64,000 nucleotides of DNA from Balanoglossus misakiensis (taxonomy: Eukaryota; Animalia; Hemichordata), in assembly GCA_040954595.2 (NCBI GenBank), contig CM082582.2, forward strand, positions 2,712,303 through 2,776,302, read 5' to 3'. Every line of letters starts with the position of its first letter. Within the stretch, counting starts at the first letter, position 1. The position numbers were made by a program, and so were the translations under genes. A model generated the notes under the pieces. The model had not been told where the DNA came from. It made no database searches and saw nothing but the letters and a program-made list of their open reading frames with translations. Shown in pieces: positions 1 to 12,000 of the stretch.

Positions 1-3000
1 AGCAGTAGTACTAATGTGAACAAAATCATGACTGTTGTGCTTTTAACAAGAGGCATATCCACATAAAATTTAGTTCTGGAATTACTGTATCAAAGGAGAT
101 GCGACAGTCACCAGCAAATTGAAATATATTCTTGTCATATGGTGACTCATATCCATAAAAATTATTTGTGTGCTTTCAATGAGTAGGCTAGAAATAGGAA
201 ATTTTAGTTTTTAATCGGAGATCAGAAAATCCAATATGGGTCCAATTAGTTTTAACCAATCAAAATTTACTTGAAAACTTGATTAGAAATAGATTTTTGA
301 TTTTTTTTATGATATTTTTCAAAAATTTAATTATGCATCCAAAGCCACATGACCACTACTGATACTATTATTGTCAAACATTGAACCGCACAGTAAATTA
401 GAACTTGATTGGCCCTGTATTTTTTGAAAAAAAATGTCAAGTTTTAAAGGTTATCCGAAAATCCAATATGGCCACCATGAAGAAGACAATTAATACTAAA
501 AGCAGCATTGGAGGGACCAAAGCGGTTAGCATGGTTCGAACAGAAAGCAAAGGCTGTATCTGTTATGGATGCTGAGAAATGGTAAGTAAGCGAGAGGTCA
601 CGCAAATTTGGGCCAACAAATTTCGATATCAAACTGAGCTGTGTCCAACAGAAAACAGACTTCTCAGCTCTATTGGTTAACTTGAAATTGCTTATGTACA
701 TAATTATTGTGTTAAAGTTTAATACTTCATTAGGTGTTTCAGTCCTCCAAATATTTTGTTTATTTCCTGGCAGCAGAAAGCAAAGGCTGCATCTGTTATA
801 GATGCAAAACTCCTGTGAACAAAATCATGACTGGTGTGCTTTTTGACAAGAAGCATATCCACGCACAATTAAGTTCTGGAAAAAATGGATCAAAGGACAT
901 TCGAAAATTGCCCAAAAATTGTAATATAATCTGGTCATGTGGTGACTCATATCTATTAAAAGAATTTGGGTAGGCTAGAAATAGGATTTTTTTTTAAATC
1001 GTGTGTTTAGAAAATCCGATTTGGCTTTAATTAGGATAAACCAATCACAATTCACTTGAAAACGTGATTAGGAAAAGATTTGTGAATTTTTTCATGAGAT
1101 TTTTCAAAAATCCAATATGGCAACCAAAGTGACATGACCACTAATGATATTATTGTCAAACATTAAACCGCACAGTAAATTAGAACTTGATTTGCCTTGT
1201 AGTTGTTGAAAAGATGTAAATTTTTAAGTGTTATCATAATATCCAATATGGCCGCCATTAAGAAGAAATGGGATGGGCCCAAGCAGTTAGCATGGTTCCA
1301 ACAGAAAGCAAAGGATGTTTTGTTTAAAAAATCATATGAAAACTCATATGTTCGAAAGAGCATACAGTGTGGTTTAACCGTGAGCGTCATTGGGCAAAAT
1401 TTCTTTTTGGATTTTTGCGCTATATAAACTTTTTTGCTTGATTGATTTGATTTGATTTTGTTGTGGATGCAAAGAAATGGTAAAGTAAGCCAGAGGTCAC
1501 GCAAAATTGTGACACAAATGTTTGATCTTAAACTGATCAGTGTCAAACAAAAAACCAGATTTCTAAGCTCTATTGGTTAACTTGAAATAGATTATGTACA
1601 AAATTATTGTGTAAAAGTTTAATACTTTATTGGGTGTTGCAGTCCACCAAATTTGAAGGCTGTATCTGCTGTACATGCCAAGGCATGGGATAGTAGATCA
1701 AAAGTCATTGCCAAAATTATCAAAAGATTTGGGTTATGTCCTGGCAGCAGTAGTACTCATGTGAACAAAATCATGACTGTTGTGCTTTTTAACAAGAGGC
1801 ATATCCACATAAAATAAGTTCTGGAATTACTGGATCAAAGAACATGTGGAAGTAGTCTAATAATTATGATATATTCTGGTCCTATGGTGACTCGTATCCA
1901 TAAAAAGAATTTGTGTGGTTTCAATGAGCACGCTAGAAATAGGAAATTTTAGTCTTTTATCGGAGATCAGAAAATCCAATTTGGCTCCAATAAGGTTTAC
2001 CCAATCACATTTTACTTGAAAACTTGATTAGAAATAAATGTTTTGAAATTTTTTTATTCTATTTTTCAAAAATCCAAAGCCACATGACCACTAACGATAT
2101 TATTGTCAAACATTGAACCGCACAGTCAATTTGAACTTGATTGGCCCTGTAGTTTTTGAAAAAAATGTCACCTTTTAAAGGTTAACCGAAAATCCAATAT
2201 GGCCGCCATGAACAAGACAATTACAACTAAAAGCAGCATTGGAGGGACCAAAGTGGTTAGCATGGTTCCAACAGAAAGCAAAGGCTGTATCTGTTATTGA
2301 TGCTGAGAAATTGTAAGTAAGCCAGAGGTCACGCAAATTTGGGCCAACAAATTTTGATATCAAACTGAGCTGTGTCCAACAGAAAACAGACTTCTAAGCT
2401 CTATTGGTTAACTTGAAATAGCTTATGTACATAATTATTGTGTTAAAGTTTAATTCTTCATAGGATGTTCCAGTCCACCAAATTTGAAGGCTGTATCTGC
2501 TGTACATGCCAAGGCATGGGATAGTAGATCAAAGGTCATTGCCAAAATTATCTAAAAGATTTGGGTTATGTCCTGGCAGCAGTAGTACTCATGTGAACAA
2601 AATCATGACAGATGTGCTTTTTAACAAGAGGCATATCCACATAAAATAAGTTCTGGAATTACTGGATCAAAGGACATGCGAGAGTCGCAAACAAGTTGTT
2701 CAATCAAGTTTTGTAAAAATTTGATCAAAGAACATCTGAAAGTAGTCTAATAATTTTGATATATTCTGGTCCTATGGTGACTCATATCCATAAAAAGAAT
2801 TTGTGTGGTTTCAAGGAGCACGCTAGAAATAGGAAATTTTAGTCTTTTATCGGAGATCAGAAAATCCAATTTGCCTCCAATAAGGTTTACCCAATCACAA
2901 TTTACTTGAAAACTTGATTAGAAATAGATTTTTTGAATTTTTTTTATGATATTTTTCAAAAATCCAAAGCCACATGACCACTAATGATATTATTGTCAAA

Positions 3001-6000
3001 CATTGAACCGCACAGTCAATAAGAACACCAAATTTGGAGGCTGTATCTGCTGTACATGCCAAGGCATGGGATAGTAGATCAAAGGTCATTGCCAAAATTA
3101 TCAAAAGATTTGGGTTATGTCCTGGCAGCAGTAGTACTCATGTGAACAAAATCATGACTGTTGGGCTTTTTAACAAGATGCATATCTATGTATAATTTAC
3201 TTCTTATAAAATAATGTAAAGGACACTGTGGTGCCCTTTGGGGATTACTCAGAAATTAGGTATTCACCAGAATTAAATTCAGGGGCGACATTGGCAAGCA
3301 TATATGGCATTAATATTTAAATACTATGGAAACATAAAAAAATTAACTATGCCAAATAAAGTGTTATGTGTCACAGCAATCTTACAAGCTACACTAAAAA
3401 AACAACAACTGATTTTTGTCCAAAAACTGTCTGTAAAAATACATGCGAGTATGACAAATTAATTAGTCCAATCAGACAGAGGCATTCACTGACCTACCAC
3501 CAGTTTATAATAAAATAGCTGGTGGTCCCTGTAACAGCTGGACCATTAAAATTATATAAGGAAGATCAGTTAAAAATTTACTCCAAGATTGCCGTTTATT
3601 TTTCTGATAAAAATGTTTATACATCTTAGTAGGTTATAACAAAGAAAATTATCAAAATCGGTTCACCGGATTTCAGCGTACAAACGCATCAAATAATACT
3701 GAGATTCTCAAGTATCTTCACCATTTTTCAAAGAATTTTACCAAATTATATAAAAATGTAAGATTCACAGAAGATTACTTCTTTCAGTTTTACAGGAGAT
3801 CATCTAAACTTGTAAAAAAATCTCTCTATTTTTTGCATGGCACCATGGTAAAATATGAAAATTTGCAATGTTTGATGTTCCGTGTCTAAATCATGTTTGA
3901 TCTAATTTTCACGAAATTTTCAGATTATATTACAATATATGTGCAGATACAGATAGTGACTTATGTTTTTGATATCTGGATTATAATTTAAATTCCCAGG
4001 CGCTCAAATATGGTAAACCTAGCATTTTACCATTGCAAATGGGCGGCCATATTGGGTTGACATTTCATTAGATGGCAATATTTGTTTATACATTGCAATT
4101 TGCTGAAAATCAGTTCAATCACTGTAGTAAGTGGAAATATTTAAATTCTTGTGTATTTTAGCAATCATAAAGCTGATATTACTATCAAAAAAATGTTATA
4201 CAGTTGCTTCTGGACAGCAAAAATTGCCATCATTCAAGTCAAAGTCTCAGATCGGCCCTTTTGCTTGCCTGTGTCGAGCAGATATCAAAAGTGGAGAAAG
4301 TTGGATAGTTTAATTTCTACATGTTACCTGTAGTATCCTTGTAGACTATTAACATTAACAAGAATTTCATATTAAATTCTGGTATGATATGCATGGAAAG
4401 ACTGGCTGGCTATAAATCATAAAAATGGACGCCGTTGCACCATACAGTTTTACTGCATACACACGTATTTTAAGCAAACTGTGCCTTTCATGTATTCCAC
4501 TTTTCTTCCTTCCTTGCTGGCTTTCTCTGTTTTTTTCTGACTGTGTCTTTATAAAATTACTATTTTTTTTTATTTTTTTTATTTTTTTATTTTTTTTTGG
4601 GGGGGGGGGTAATTCAATTTCTGGCTCAATTTTTAAGTGTTATCATAATATCCAATATGGCCGCCATTAAGAAGAAATGGGATGGGCCCAAGCAGTTAGC
4701 ATGGTTCCAACAGAAAGCAAAGGATGTTTTGTTAAAAAAAATCATATTAAAACTCATATGTTCGAAAGAGCATACAGTGTGGTTTAACCGTGAGCGTCAT
4801 TGGGCAAAATTTCTTTTTGGATTTTGGCGCTATATAAACTTTTTTGCTTGATTGATTTGATTTGATTTTGTTGTGGATGCAAAGAAATGGTAAAGTAAGC
4901 CAGAGGTCACGCAAAATTGTGACACAAATGTTTGATCTTAAACTGATCAGTGTCAAACAAAAAACCAGATTTCTAAGCTCTATTGGTTAACTTGAAATAG
5001 ATTATGTACAAAATTATTGTGTAAAAGTTTAATACTTTATTGGGTGTTGCAGTCCACCAAATTTGAAGGCTGTATCTGCTGTACATGCCAAGGCATGGGA
5101 TAGTAGATCAAAAGTCATTGCCAAAATTATCAAAAGATTTGGGTTATGTCCTGGCAGCAGTAGTACTCATGTGAACAAAATCATGACTGTTGGGCTTTTT
5201 AACAAGATGCATATCTATGTATAATTTACTTCTTATAAAATAATGTAAAGGACACTGTGGTGCCCTTTGGGGATTACTCAGAAATTAGGTATTCACCAGA
5301 ATTAAATTCAGAGGCGACATTGGCAAGCATATATGGCATTAATATTTAAATACTATTGAAACATAAAAAAATTAACTATGCCAAATAAAGTGTTATGTGT
5401 CACAGCAATTATACAAGCTACACTAAAAAAACAACAACTGATTTTTGTCCAAAAACTGTCTGTAAAAATACATGCGAGTATGACAAATTAATTAGTCCAA
5501 TCAGACAGAGGCATTCACTGACCTACCACCAGTTTATAATAAAATAGCTGGTGGTCCCTGTAACAGCTGGACCATTAAAATTATATAAGGAAGATCAGTT
5601 AAAAATTTACTCCAAGATTGCCGTTTATTTTTCTGATAAAAATGTTTATACATCTTAGTAGGTTATAACAAAGAAAATTATCAAAATCGGTTCACCGGAT
5701 TTCAGCGTACAAACGCATCAAATAATACTGAGATTCTCAAGTATCTTCACCATTTTTCAAAGAATTTTACCAAATTATATAAAAATGTAAGATTCACAGA
5801 AGATTACTTCTTTCAGTTTTACAGGAGATCATCTAAACTTGTAAAAAAAATCTCTCTATTTTTTGCATGGCACCATGGTAAAATATGAAAATTTGCAATG
5901 TTTGATGTTCCGTGTCTAAATCATGTTTGATCTAATTTTCACGAAATTTTCAGATTATATTACAATATATGTGCAGATACAGATAGTGACTTATGTTTTT

Positions 6001-9000
6001 GATATCTGGATTATAATTTAAATTCCCAGGCGCTCAAATATGGTAAACCTAGCATTTTACCATTGCAAATGGGCGGCCATATTGGGTTGACATTTCATTA
6101 GATGGCAATATTTGTTTATACATTGCAATTTGCTGAAAATCAGTTCAATCACTGTAGTAAGTGGAAATATTTAAATTCTTGTGTATTTTAGCAATCATAA
6201 AGCTGATATTACTATCAAAAAAATGTTATACAGTTGCTTCTGGACAGCAAAAATTGCCATCATTCAAGTCAAAGTCTCAGATCGGCCCTTTTGCTTGCCT
6301 GTGTCGAGCAGATATCAAAAGTGGAGAAAGTTGGATAGTTTAATTTCTACATGTTACCTGTACTATCCTTGTAGACTATTAACATTAACAAGAATTTCAT
6401 ATTAAATTCTGGTATGATATGCATGGAAAGACTGGCTGGCTATAAATCATAAAAATGGACGCCGTTGCACCATACAGTTTTACTGCATACACACGTATTT
6501 TAAGCAAACTGTGCCTTTCATGTATTCCACTTTTCTTCCTTCCTTGCTGGCTTTTTCTGTTTTTTTCTGACTGTGTCTTTATAAAATTACTATTTTTTTT
6601 TATTTTTTTTATTTTTTTTTTTTGGGGGGGGGGGGGGTAATTCAATTTCTGGCTCAATTTTTAAGTGTTATCATAATATCCAATATGGCCGCCATTAAGA
6701 AGAAATGGGATGGGCCCAAGCAGTTAGCATGGTTCCAACAGAAAGCAAAGGATGTTTTGTTAAAAAAATCATATGAAAACTCATATGTTCGAAAGAGCAT
6801 ACAGTGTGGTTTAACCGTGAGCGTCATTGGGCAAAATTTCTTTTTGGATTTTGGCGCTATATAAACTTTTTTGCTTGATTGATTTGATTTGATTTTGTTG
6901 TGGATGCAAAGAAATGGTAAAGTAAGCCAGAGGTCACGCAAAATTGTGACACAAATGTTTGATCTTAAACTGATCAGTGTCAAACAAAAAACCAGATTTC
7001 TAAGCTCTATTGGTTAACTTGAAATAGATTATGTACAAAATTATTGTGTAAAAGTTTAATACTTTATTGGGTGTTGCAGTCCACCAAATTTGAAGGCTGT
7101 ATCTGCTGTACATGCCAAGGCATGGGATAGTAGATCAAAAGTCATTGCCAAAATTATCTAAAAGATTTGGGTTATGTCCTGGCAGCAGTAGTACTCATGT
7201 GAACAAAATCATGACAGATGTGCTTTTTAACAAGAGGCATATCCACATAAAATAAGTTCTGGAATTACTGGATCAAAGGACATGCGAGAGTCGCAAACAA
7301 GTTGTTCAATCAAGTTTTGTAAAAATTTGATCAAAGAACATCTGAAAGTAGTCTAATAATTTTGATATATTCTGGTCCTATGGTGACTCATATCCATAAA
7401 AAGAATTTGTGTGGTTTCAAGGAGCACGCTAGAAATAGGAAATTTTAGTCTTTTATCGGAGATCAGAAAATCCAATTTGCCTCCAATAAGGTTTACCCAA
7501 TCACAATTTACTTGAAAACTTGATTAGAAATAGATTTTTTGAATTTTTTTATGATATTTTTCAAAAATCCAAAGCCACATGACCACTAATGATATTATTG
7601 TCAAACATTGAACCGCACAGTAAATAAGAACACCAAATTTGAAGGCTGTATCTGCTGTACATGCCAAGGCATGGGATAGTAGATCAAAGGTCATTGCCAA
7701 AATTATCAAAAAGATTTGGGTTATGTCCTGGCAGCAGTAGTACTCATGTGAACAAAATCATGACTGTTGGGCTTTTTAACAAGATGCATATCTATGTATA
7801 ATTTACTTCTTATAAAATAATGTAAAGGACACTGTGGTGCCCTTTGGGGATTACTCAGAAATTAGGTATTCACCAGAATTAAATTCAGGGGCGACATTGG
7901 CAAGCATATATGGCATTAATATTTAAATACTATGGAAACATAAAAAAATTAACTATGCCAAATAAAGTGTTATGTGTCACAGCAATCTTACAAGCTACAC
8001 TAAAAAAACAACAACTGATTTTTGTCCAAAAACTGTCTGTAAAAATACATGCGAGTATGACAAATTAATTAGTCCAATCAGACAGAGGCATTCACTGACC
8101 TACCACCAGTTTATAATAAAATAGCTGGTGGTCCCTGTAACAGCTGGACCATTAAAATTATATAAGGAAGATCAGTTAAAAATTTACTCCAAGATTGCCG
8201 TTTATTTTTCTGATAAAAATGTTTATACATCTTAGTAGGTTATATCAAAGAAAATTATCAAAATCGGTTCACCGGATTTCAGCGTACAAACGCATCAAAT
8301 AATACTGAGATTCTCAAGTATCTTCACCATTTTTCAAAGAATTTTACCAAATTATATAAAAATGTAAGATTCACAGAAGATTACTTCTTTCAGTTTTACA
8401 GGAGATCATCTAAACTTGTAAAAAAAATCTCTCTATTTTTTGCATGGCACCATGGTAAAATATGAAAATTTGCAATGGTTGATGTTCCGTGTCTAAATCA
8501 TGTTTGATCTAATTTTCACGAAATTTTCAGATTATATTACAATATATGTGCAGATACAGATAGTGACTTATGTTTTTGATATCTGGATTATAATTTAAAT
8601 TCCCAGGCGCTCAAATATGGTAAACCTAGCATTTTACCATTGCAAATGGGCGGCCATATTGGGTTGACATTTCATTAGATGGCAATATTTGTTTATACAT
8701 TGCAATTCGCTGAAAATCAGTTCAATCACTGTAGTAAGTGGAAATATTTAAATTCTTGTGTATTTTAGCAATCATAAAGCTGATATTACTATCAAAAAAA
8801 TGTTATACAGTTGCTTCTGGACAGCAAAAATTGCCATCATTCAAGTCAAAGTCTCAGATCGGCCCTTTTGCTTGCCTGTGTCGAGCAGATATCAAAAGTG
8901 GAGAAAGTTGGATAGTTTAATTTCTACATGTTACCTGTACTATCCTTGTAGACTATTAACATTAACAAGAATTTCATATTAAATTCTGGTATGATATGCA

Positions 9001-12000
9001 TGGAAAGACTGGCTGGCTATAAATCATAAAAATGGACGCCGTTGCACCATACAGTTTTACTGCATACACACGTATTTTAAGCAAACTGTGCCTTTCATGT
9101 ATTCCACTTTTCTCCCTTCCTTGCTGGCTTTCTCTGTTTTTTTTCTGACTGTGTCTTTATAAAATTACTATTTTTTTTTATTTTTTATTTTTTTTTTTTT
9201 TTTTTGGGGGGGGGGGTAATTCAATTTCTGGCTCCAAAAATTGTACTAGAGCTGGTAAGGTTTCCTGAAAATTAATCCCTGTATCTTTAACGCAGGTGTG
9301 CAAGTTCATATAAAGTTCATTGGTTAAAGGAATATTATGAGCTGATAAATTTACTAAGCTCTTCTTTCCAGTTAGAAGCTCTGCTATATTAACAACTACT
9401 CTCAATGCTACTTCAATAATGTTGCCTGTGCAAATTGACAATCAAAATATCCATTAGTTAGTCAACATATTTGGTTGGGTAATTACAGAATAATAACTAT
9501 AATTCCATGCATACTCTACCTAAACTCAAATTAGAATATATAACTAAAATTATAGTGATACACAGGTCTATAAAATGCTAAGAAAATGTAAAATCTAGGA
9601 AAGAACACCCATGGGCATTCAGCTCTTAGCAGATAACATCAGTCACTTTGAAGACATGTCACTTCCCAGACTTTACTAAAAATACTTCCAACTCTGACGT
9701 TAAACGCATCTCCAAAAAATCCAATATGGCAACCATGAAGAAGACAATTAAAGCAACATGCTGCATTGGAGGGACCAAAGTGGTAAGCATGGTTCCAAAA
9801 GAAAGCAAAGGCTGTTTCTGTTGTGGATGCCAAGAAATGGTAAAGTAAGCCAGAGGTCATGCAAAATTGTGCTAACAAAATTTGATATCAAACTGATCAG
9901 TGTCCAACAAAAAACCAGACTTCTAAGCTCTATTGGTTAACTTGAAATAGCTTATGTACATAATTATTGTGTTAAAGTTTAATACTTCATTAGGTGTTCC
10001 AGTCCACCAAATTTGAAGGCTGTATCTGCTGTACATTCCAAGGCATGGGATAGTAGATCAAAGGTCATTGCCAAAATTATCAAAAGATTTGGGTTTTGTC
10101 CTGGCAGCAGTAGTACTCGTGTGAACAAAATCATGACTGCTGTGCTTTTTAACAAGAGGCATATCCACATAAAATAAGTTCTGGAATAACTGGATCAAAG
10201 GACAAGCGAGAGTCGCAAATAAATTGTTTAAATCAAGTTCTGTAAAAACTTGATCAAAGAACATGTGAAAGTAGTCTAATAATTGTGATATATTCTGGTC
10301 ATATGGTGACTCATATCCATAAAAAGAATTTGTGTGGTTTCTATGAGCAGGCTAGAAATAGGAAATATTAGTCTTTTATCGGAGATCAGAAAATCCAATT
10401 TGGCTCAATAAGGTTTACCCAATCACAATTTACTTGAAAACTTGATTAGAAAAAGATTTGTGAAATTTTTCATGAGATTTTTCAAAAATCAAATATGGCA
10501 ACCAAAGTGACATGACCACTAATGATATTGTTGTCAAACATTGAACCGCACAGTAAATTAGAACTTGATTTGCCTTGTAGTTGTTGAAAAGATGTCAATT
10601 TTTAAGGGTTATCAGAATATCCAATATGGCCACCATTAAGAAGAAATGGGACAGGCCCAAGCGGTTAGCATGGTTCCAACAGAAAGCAAAGGCTGTTTTG
10701 TTGTGGATGCCAAGAAATGGTAAAGTAAGCCAGAGGTCACGCAAAATTGTGACACAAATTTTTGATCTTAAACTGATCAGTGTCCAACAAAAACCAGACT
10801 TGTAAGCTCCATTTGTTTACTTGAAATAGCTTATGTACAAAATTATTGTGTTAAGGTTTAATACTTCATTAGTTGTTTCAGTCCTCCAAATTTGAAGACT
10901 GTATCTGCTGTGCATGCCAACTTATGGAAAAGTAGATCAAAGGTCATTGCCATAATTAGCAAAATATTTTGGTTATTTCCTGGCAGCAGCAGTACTCATG
11001 TGAACAAAATCATGACTGTTGTGCTTTTTAACAAGAGGCATATCCACATAAAATAAGTTCTGGAATTACTGGATCAAAGGACATGCGAGAGTCGCAAACA
11101 CATTGTTTAATCAAGTTCTGTAAAAACTTGATCAAAGAACATGTGAAAGTAGTCTAATAATTGTGATATATTCTGGTCATATGGTGACTCATATCCATAA
11201 AAAGAATTTGTGTGGTTTCAATGAGCAGGCTAGAAATAGGAAATTGTAGTGTTTTATTGGAGATCAGAAAATCCAATTTGGCTTCAATAAGGTTTACCCA
11301 ATCACAATTTACTTGAAAACTTGATTAGAAATAGATTTTTGAAATTTTTTAATGATATTTTTTCAAAAATCCAAAGCCACATGACCACTAATGATATTAT
11401 TGTCAAACATTGAACCGCACAGTAAATTAGAACTTGATTGGCCCTGTAGTTTTTGAAAAAAATGTCAACTTTTAAAGGTTATCCAAAAATCCAATATGGC
11501 CGCCATGAAGAAGACAATTAAAACATTTACTAAAAGCAGCATTTGAGGGACCAAAGCGGTTAACATGGTTCCAACATAAAAATGCAAGATTCACAGAAGA
11601 TTACTTCTTTCAGTTTTACAGGAGATCATCTAAACTTGTAAAAAAATCTCTCTATTTTTTGCATGGCACCATGGTAAGATATGAAAATTTGCAATGTTTG
11701 ATGTTCCGTGTCTCAATCATGTTTTATCTAATTTTCACGAAATTTCCAGATTATATTGAACACCTATTGCCTGGCCATGAGGGCCATAGCGGCCGTTTAT
11801 TACACTGGAGGGGTTGTGAGTTACCAGAATCATATGCTATTTCCCGAGGCCGCAGGCCGAGGGAAATAGCGTATGATTCTGGTAACTCACAGCCACGTGG
11901 GGGTAAAAACGGCTGCTATGGCCCGAATATAGGCCAGGCTATAGGTGTTTTATAATAAACCTCATGCTGACAGTTTGGAAAATCATGCAATTTTCTCTTG

